From an uncultured virus (IMG/VR IMGVR_UViG_3300044608_001664) (taxonomy: Duplodnaviria > Heunggongvirae > Uroviricota > Caudoviricetes > Schitoviridae), in IMG/VR virus record IMGVR_UViG_3300044608_001664: a stretch of 64,000 bases of DNA; one strand, 5' to 3'. Under the pieces are notes generated by a model, which searched no databases, was not told the DNA's origin, and saw only the letters and a list, made by a program, of their open reading frames with translations. Below, in pieces: positions 58,053 through 64,000 of this stretch; positions within the stretch are counted from its first letter, which is position 1; every line of letters starts with the position of its first letter. Position numbers and translations under genes: made by a program.

Positions 58053-58744
58053 TCAACAACCTCCGCAGTACCTTCAATAATCAATTTCCCATGGGCAACT
58101 TCCTGAGCGTTCATTGCCCCACTTTCCAACATCAACCGTTGCTGACGAGCCAGTTCCATCGTCGTAGTCCTCAACGCGGCGATAGATGAATCCTCCTTCA
58201 CCCCGATATCAAGCTCGACCTTCTTCACCTCGGGAGCCTTCAACTGGGTCAACAGGGAATTGGCAGCGTCACACCGCACCTTCTCGCTCTTGGCATTCAC
58301 CATCAGATCGGCCTGCACATTCAGCGCCCTCTGATAGAGATCCTGGTTCAACACATGGCTGGGGATCAGCGTCTGTTCGAAGATCAGATTGACCAGCTTG
58401 GATTTGTTGTACGCAGTGACGTAGGAAGCAATGTCCTTGGCTTGAATACCCTGTTGAACAAACCGCTGATACTTATCGGGGAATGTCTTGGTATATGCCT
58501 CGATATTGGTACAGCCCATCAGTTTGAAACTGACATAACGTACCGCATCAATATAACTAGATACCTTGAACTTCCCATCAGCCATTACCTTTGTATAGCT
58601 GATCAGGTTATCCCGGTAATTCTCAAACATCTCTGGATCAGAGAGCGTGTTGTTAATCTGGTCAATCAACTCCTGGTTGATAGACTTCTTTACCTTATCG
58701 GGTAAAGCCAACTTGAATTGTTCAAGTGTCAGCATATAAATCAC
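58049..58744 (-). CDS. N4 gp69-like protein (putative small terminase)
   Basis: SEKVRCDAANSLLTQL; upstream of terL. Confidence 0.8.
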   Translation of the reverse strand: MIYMLTLEQFKLALPDKVKKSINQELIDQINNTLSDPEMFENYRDNLISYTKVMADGKFKVSSYIDAVRYVSFKLMGCTNIEAYTKTFPDKYQRFVQQGIQAKDIASYVTAYNKSKLVNLIFEQTLIPSHVLNQDLYQRALNVQADLMVNAKSEKVRCDAANSLLTQLKAPEVKKVELDIGVKEDSSIAALRTTTMELARQQRLMLESGAMNAQEVAHGKLIIEGTAEVVE

Positions 58745-59043
58745 TAATCATGGTTACTGTATCGGATGTATATAGTATCCAATTACTAATTTAAAGGGAA
58801 ATTAGTATTGATTAGTAAATCAAACCCGAAGGGTATTAGAAAAATATTGCCTAAAAAATAGGCGAAGGGTTATGGGGAAATTTATAAAATGGGTACGGTA
58901 GTAGCGAGATATTGACCCTCGCCTTTTGGCAATTTTTTCAAAATGGGTACGGTGTCAGGGTACTGACAGACCACGTTCAAAAACAAAACACCCCCCCCCC
59001 TCCTTAATAAAAAATATTTCTGGGGCACCCTACCCCTTATATG

Positions 59044-59058
59044 GCGCTCCGCGCATGG
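59044..59058 (+). promoter_or_regulatory. vRNAP hairpin promoter 1
   Basis: GCGC-TCC-GCGC-ATGG; template-strand GC-GGA-GC triloop hairpin. Confidence 0.85.
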
Positions 59059-59099
59059 TCTGGATATCCATCCCTTATTCAACCTATAGGAGTAACACC

Positions 59100-59315
59100 A
59101 TGTTCGCAATGTTCAAGCAACTGTTCATCGCTATCACCACCTACTTCACTGCACTGGAGAAGACGGCCAAGGCTGTCAACCATCTCGCTGATTGGGCAGA
59201 AGAAACCTCAGCAGCATTCGCAGATGAAGCACGCATCGAACGCCAAAAGAAACTGGCCCTACTCAAGGCCGATCTGAAAGCAGTCGAAGCAAAGCAGCCC
59301 AAAGCAGTAGCGTAA
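59100..59315 (+). CDS. first early protein, hypothetical
   Basis: AGGAG RBS; followed by TTCG hairpin terminator. Confidence 0.8.
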   Translation: MFAMFKQLFIAITTYFTALEKTAKAVNHLADWAEETSAAFADEARIERQKKLALLKADLKAVEAKQPKAVA

Positions 59316-59458
59316 CAAGGAGGGACTCTTCGGAGTCCTTCCTATTCTTTTACACACAACAACTACACACATACACACTCCAGAGATAGTCCATCCAATA
59401 GGGATATCTCCATCTACTGAATCTCCTCCATTACTCCACAGTATTAACCTCAGTTGAA

Positions 59459-59473
59459 TCGCTCCGCGAATGG
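59459..59473 (+). promoter_or_regulatory. vRNAP hairpin promoter 2
   Basis: TCGC-TCC-GCGA-ATGG. Confidence 0.8.
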
Positions 59474-59644
59474 TGTGGATAACCAATCAATTGATCTTAA
59501 TTAATTGAAGGGTTATGGGAGAGATAGTTTAAATAGGAGTCAACTCAGAATTACTTGAGGTTACTTGATATCTCAATCATCCCTTTCCCTATCATTTCCT
59601 CATTCCGATACTCACCCGATAACCTATTCAATCAGGAGCATTCA

Positions 59645-59791
59645 ATGGATGATCTATTCAAGTTTGTCAGTGCAATAGTTGTAGGTATCTGGTTAGGACT
59701 TCTCCTATTCACCTTCGATTACAACCTACCTGATTGGTGTGCTCATCCTGCACGCCCAGGTAACAACCTCATTCAACCATTCTGTCGTTAA
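59645..59791 (+). CDS. small early membrane protein
   Basis: AGGAG RBS; one TM helix. Confidence 0.6.
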   Translation: MDDLFKFVSAIVVGIWLGLLLFTFDYNLPDWCAHPARPGNNLIQPFCR

Positions 59792-59801
59792 GGAGTTTCA
59801 A

Positions 59802-59960
59802 ATGCCTATCACTCTGCTCAACCTGTACGTTGAATTCATCGAAGGTTCTACGCTTCGTCATCAAGACTTGGTTGAACCTATTCGTGCCCATGCTGCTACC
59901 TTGGGTGTCTCTGCATCTGTGGTGCTGACTAACCTCCAGTCCATGTATTTCTATCTCTAG
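59802..59960 (+). CDS. small early protein
   Basis: AAGGAG RBS. Confidence 0.6.
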   Translation: MPITLLNLYVEFIEGSTLRHQDLVEPIRAHAATLGVSASVVLTNLQSMYFYL

Positions 59961-59968
59961 GAATCATC

Positions 59969-60109
59969 ATGAAAGTCATCTCTTTCTGTTTCTGCAAGGA
60001 CTGTGATGGCCATGTTGGTCTGGTCAAGTCCTTTGCCAAGGGATACCTCACTGTCCTCTTCGATGATGGACAGCGGGATGTCCGTCCTACTGATGTCACC
60101 TTCCTCTAA
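59969..60109 (+). CDS. small early protein (46 aa)
   Basis: AGGA RBS; MKVISFCFCKDCDGHVG...DVTFL. Confidence 0.55.
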   Translation: MKVISFCFCKDCDGHVGLVKSFAKGYLTVLFDDGQRDVRPTDVTFL

Positions 60110-60113
60110 CCCC

Positions 60114-60263
60114 ATGTTCTCCCCCAATCGGAACTGGCATCGCCTGATCCCATCTGCTCAAGGATTGGAACGTGAGTACATCGAAGCCTCTGCTGAGAAT
60201 CACTTCTCTAGCAGGGCTTCATGGAATTCACTCACCTCCGAACTCTGGCAGTTCACTCACTAA
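60114..60263 (+). CDS. small early protein
   Basis: Tandem packing; weak RBS. Confidence 0.4.
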   Translation: MFSPNRNWHRLIPSAQGLEREYIEASAENHFSSRASWNSLTSELWQFTH

Positions 60264-60273
60264 AGGAATACTC

Positions 60274-60408
60274 ATGCCCTACGTCATCCCCGCAGATCAG
60301 CTTAATCGTGCTTACCGTATTGCGTGTGGTCGTGCTCGCTTGGATAGCCTTGGAGATATTACCCCGTGTGATTTCTCCAATATGTACGATGGCTGTGCCT
60401 TCGAGTAA
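60274..60408 (+). CDS. small early protein
   Basis: AAAGGA RBS. Confidence 0.55.
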   Translation: MPYVIPADQLNRAYRIACGRARLDSLGDITPCDFSNMYDGCAFE

Positions 60409-60681
60409 TCAATGAATGCCTGCGTTAGTAGGTACTTTGTTGACCTATATCAAGTAAATGTGCCGACCTATTACCTTGGTCATTCATAGGGTATTTCCTA
60501 ATCAAATCAATGGGGTTTACTCCCATTCGGTATATTAGAAAATGACCTCTTCCTGCCCTGAAAAAGCGTGAAATATTTCACACTTTTTACTTGGTGTTCT
60601 TAGGTAACATGCGCCCCGAAATTCGGGTGTGGTTACCAAAGATAGCGTCCTTGAACCAACAAAAATAAGGACTTAACCCCT

Positions 60682-60697
60682 TGCGCTCCGCGCATGG
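60682..60697 (+). promoter_or_regulatory. vRNAP hairpin promoter 3
   Basis: TGCGC-TCC-GCGCA-TGG. Confidence 0.85.
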
Positions 60698-60747
60698 AAT
60701 GGCAAATTCTGCCCCTATCCCTCACCTCTTATTACTGGAGAAATATC

Positions 60748-61023
60748 ATGGCTTTCAATTCCTCTTCTGCTGCCGCTGCCACACCAGCTACCCAATCCGA
60801 AAACTGGAAGGCTCAAGGCTTCCTGAACCTGTATCTGCCGTCCAAGGGTGGCCAACGCCGTAAGCTGGGTGCTATCCCGCTCAAGGATGCCAAGGTCAAC
60901 GAGAAACAACTTCGTGCTTGGCTGGAAGAAGATCCGTCCCGTGTGACGCAGCTTCTCGCCAAGCTGGAAATCGAGTATCAATCCGCTGCTTCGAATGACG
61001 AAAACGCCTTCGCTCTCGATTGA
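60748..61023 (+). CDS. N4 gp1-like early protein
   Basis: WKAQGFLNL...RRKL...IEY...DENAFAL resembles N4 gp1 as I recall it; GGAG RBS. Confidence 0.7.
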   Translation: MAFNSSSAAAATPATQSENWKAQGFLNLYLPSKGGQRRKLGAIPLKDAKVNEKQLRAWLEEDPSRVTQLLAKLEIEYQSAASNDENAFALD

Positions 61024-61041
61024 CCCTGTGTTTCTCCCTGT

Positions 61042-61081
61042 AACCGTCTGTCCCTTAACTGGGACAGGCGGTTATTTTTTT
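61042..61081 (+). terminator. intrinsic terminator
   Basis: AACCGTCTGTCCC-TTAACT-GGGACAGGCGGTT then T run. Confidence 0.88.
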
Positions 61082-61176
61082 GTCTGTTGTCCCTTTACAC
61101 AAAACCAAGACAGTTGAATCAGCATAGCCCTTCGGGCATGTGTTGGAATGTCTAACTTTTATTTAAGGGGATACTC

Positions 61177-61281
61177 ATGATCCAGATTATTCAAACCATC
61201 CGAGATACTGCAATGCTCGGTGCTTTCTTGATAGTGCAGGGTATTGCCCTGCTTATCGGTCTTAACCCATTCAAGGAGTAA
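61177..61281 (+). CDS. 34-aa hydrophobic peptide
   Basis: AAGGGG RBS; MIQIIQTIRDTAMLGAFLIVQGIALLIGLNPFKE. Confidence 0.5.
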   Translation: MIQIIQTIRDTAMLGAFLIVQGIALLIGLNPFKE

Positions 61282-61340
61282 GCCATGTCTATCTTTGTAT
61301 TTGGGGGTACACTCTAGGTATTCATTCAAAGGAAAAGCAA

Positions 61341-61997
61341 ATGAAACCTATCGTATATACCCTTGGGCAGCACATGCCTAATACCCGTCTTATCTTTATT
61401 CAAGAGGTGCCACGAACCAATCCAAAAGTGCGTCGTGCTACTTTTCAGTGTGCATGTGGAAATGTGGTTGATTTAGATATTGCATGGGTGGTTCACCTAA
61501 ACACCACCTCCTGTGGGTGTTACCGCAGTGAGGTAGTCGCAGAGAAAAACACCAAACATTCTCACGCAGTAAGGGAAAACACCTCTGGGGCATACCGTTC
61601 ATGGCAAGCCATGCACCAAAGAGTAAAAGCAAATCCGTTATACGCCCACGTAAATGTGTGTGATCGGTGGTCCGGTGATGATGGCTTTGCCAATTTCATT
61701 GCTGACATGGGAGATCGTCCGGAGCAATTCAGTATTGAGCGACGAGACAACTCCAAAGGATATGAGCCATCCAACTGTGAATGGGCAGATAGAATTACCC
61801 AAGCCACCAACACCAGTAATACTGTTTTAGTAAGTATTGGGGATGAAACACACTCCATAAATGAATGGTGCCGTATCAAGGGAATTGTGTACCACATTAT
61901 TAAGCAACGTCGCAGGCGTGGGATGAGCATCGAAGATGCCATTACCACACCCCTTAATGAATCAAAGAGAGGACGTAAAAATGGACAAAAATCCTAA
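61341..61997 (+). mobile_element. HNH-type homing endonuclease
   Basis: CACG..TTSCGC; SIERRDNSKGYEPSNCEWA. Confidence 0.82.
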
Positions 61998-62337
61998 AAT
62001 ATTTTGCTTTGGATCGAATTTGGCAGGGATTCATGGTGCAGGTGCAGCACGCTTTGCTGTAGAGAATCATGGTGCTCGCTACCGCCAAGGTATCGGGCTT
62101 CAGGGTAATAGTTATGCCATTCCCACCAAGGATCGAAACATCAACACGCTGCCCTTGGATGATATTCAAGAGCATGTGGATGTGTTCATCATCTTTGCTC
62201 AAGAACACCCTGAACTGTCCTTCGAAGTAACCCGAATCGGGTGTGGTTTAGCTGGTTATACCGATTCAGACATCGCACCCATGTTCAAGGGTGCTCCCTC
62301 AAATTGCATTCTTCCTGAAGGATGGAGAAACCAATGA
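61981..62337 (+). CDS. macrodomain-like phage protein
   Basis: IFCFGSNLAGIHGAGAA, SYAIPTK, VTRIGCGLAG. Confidence 0.75.
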   Translation: MDKNPKIFCFGSNLAGIHGAGAARFAVENHGARYRQGIGLQGNSYAIPTKDRNINTLPLDDIQEHVDVFIIFAQEHPELSFEVTRIGCGLAGYTDSDIAPMFKGAPSNCILPEGWRNQ

Positions 62338-62558
62338 ACCGAGCAGACCGTAGAGCTATCGCCCGAGGTGAGGGGCGACATGAATCCATGATCGAGATCG
62401 TCGATCATGACTCTTTGGCTGAATACGCCTTTGCACTCTATGACTGGGATGTAGGCAGACGCATCCTTGATAACCAGTACTGCCTGTTTATCAGCCATCA
62501 ACTCAGTTACTTGGATATTCGTGATGAGTTCATGGAAGACCCATACCTACTTCACTAG
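62334..62558 (+). CDS. hypothetical protein
   Basis: GGAG RBS, ATGA overlap. Confidence 0.6.
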   Translation: MNRADRRAIARGEGRHESMIEIVDHDSLAEYAFALYDWDVGRRILDNQYCLFISHQLSYLDIRDEFMEDPYLLH

Positions 62559-62567
62559 GAGATCCTC

Positions 62568-63476
62568 ATGGACACGCTTGAACAGATTCAACGGCAGGAA
62601 AACATCGAGATGCAATACAACCGTAAGCACATCGATGATCGTATTCGTAGTGAGATTGAATCCAATCTGATCATGCAGGAGAAGATCGAGCAAGGTATTC
62701 AACTGATCACTGAGTACATGGGCAAGACCTACTATGACTCCAAGAACGCACGCATTGCCCAACTTCAAGGGATGTGCCTGCGTACCTTGGTAACTGAAAT
62801 CTTCGTAGGTGTGGCCTATTGTCAGATCGAAGAGTTGTTCACTTCGGTCACTGCCATGATGGCTGGACGCTTGAGGTTCTCCGATAAGCTGGATGCCATC
62901 AAGACTGTGGCTGAATTGATGGCTGTGCTCTGTCTGACTGATGCCTTCGATATCTTGAAGACTTCCAAGACATCCAGCCTGATGGTGGTATCTCGCATTC
63001 CCTTGAGTGCCAGTACCCTACGCTTCATCGAGAACAGCCAGTACCTGCCTCCGATGGTGTGTGAGCCTCTGGAATTGGTGAATAACTACTCCAGTGGTTA
63101 CCTCACCCACAACGACTCGCTTATTCTGGGGAAGGGAAACCATCACCAAGGGGATCTCTGTCTGGATGTACTCAACCTGATGAATCGGGTTCCCTTGGCA
63201 CTGGCTACAGACTTCCTCAGTAGTGTTGAGGAAGATCCTACCTTCGTCACTGATACCCCTGAGAAAGCCCAGCAATGGGACAACTTCAAGCGTCAGAGCT
63301 ATGAGTTTTACCTACTCATTGCTCAGTATGGCAATCGCTTTTGGTTAACACATAAAGTGGATAAACGTGGTAGAATATATTCCTGTGGATACCATATAAA
63401 CACTCAGGGAACCTCATTCAAAAAAGCCTGCGTTGAGTTAGCAACCCAGGAAATTGTTACGGGAGTACCTACTTAA
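62568..63476 (+). CDS. RNA polymerase II subunit 1 (N4 gp15-like)
   Basis: YLPPMVCEP, THKVDKRGRIYSCGYHINTQG (N-terminal half of T7-like RNAP). Confidence 0.92.
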   Translation: MDTLEQIQRQENIEMQYNRKHIDDRIRSEIESNLIMQEKIEQGIQLITEYMGKTYYDSKNARIAQLQGMCLRTLVTEIFVGVAYCQIEELFTSVTAMMAGRLRFSDKLDAIKTVAELMAVLCLTDAFDILKTSKTSSLMVVSRIPLSASTLRFIENSQYLPPMVCEPLELVNNYSSGYLTHNDSLILGKGNHHQGDLCLDVLNLMNRVPLALATDFLSSVEEDPTFVTDTPEKAQQWDNFKRQSYEFYLLIAQYGNRFWLTHKVDKRGRIYSCGYHINTQGTSFKKACVELATQEIVTGVPT

Positions 63477-63489
63477 TTAAGGAATACAA

Positions 63490-64000
63490 ATGGCGAAACC
63501 AAAGAAGGACGTTACCGGAGAAATCTATGGAAGACTTACCATTACAGGTGATGCACCCTATCGGTCGAAAGACCGTCGGGTGTTCGTTACCTGTGAGTGT
63601 GGAAATACAAAAGATGTTCTTCTCAATAGCCTGCGTAGGAGGGAAACCACCTCCTGCGGCTGTTACCTTCAGGAACAGATAACCAAACATGGGGATGCCC
63701 ACGCACGGTTGTACAAGATATTCAACTCTGTGCACAACCGGTGCTACTTAACTTCATCAGAACGGTATTCAGATTATGGAGGAAGGGGTATTACGGTGTG
63801 TGCCCAGTGGTTGAATAACTACGAAGCCTTTCGCGTATGGGCATTGAAGTCTGGATATTCCGAGGATCTCACCATAGATCGAATCGACAATAACAAGGGG
63901 TATTCCCCTGAAAACTGTCGATGGACTACCCGAAATATCCAGCAAAGGAACAAACGTGCTTTTGTTGGGGGAACCTCTGCATACCGTGGTGTAAGCCACT
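63490..64000 (+). mobile_element. HNH(/AP2)-type homing endonuclease, truncated by window end
   Basis: Manual translation MAKPKKDVTGEIYGRLT...CECG...TSCGC...YGGRGI...TIDRIDNNKGYSPENCRW...SAYRGV. Confidence 0.85.

Noticed and set aside
58754..58778. LexA/SOS box upstream of the gp69-like gene
   Set aside because: TACTGTAT half-site is present but the spacing does not give CTG-N10-CAG

Overview
The whole window is phage DNA: most of an N4-like (Schitoviridae-type) podovirus genome in permuted form. It runs from the end of the helicase through DNA polymerase, rIIA/rIIB, lysis, tail fibre, nucleotide metabolism and replication genes, the 3449-aa virion RNA polymerase, head and packaging genes, and then directly into the early region and the first RNAP II subunit. 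The main surprise is an apparently intact temperate module in a mostly lytic lineage: an excisionase, a tyrosine integrase and an unrecombined attP whose 45-bp core is the 3' half of a tRNA-Pro(TGG), flanked by TGGCTATAAA arm-type repeats. Next to attP is a candidate small RNA with its own sigma70-type promoter and terminator. Also seen are three vRNAP-type hairpin promoters, two more unannotated structured RNA candidates (one with a loop-loop pairing beside a tRNA-Gly), a phage H-NS, Tad2-like and probable Acb4-like proteins, a moron-like lipoprotein, an 84-aa segment inserted in the major capsid protein, and five free-standing homing-type endonucleases. All protein calls come from motifs, synteny and my recall of the families; no database search was run.
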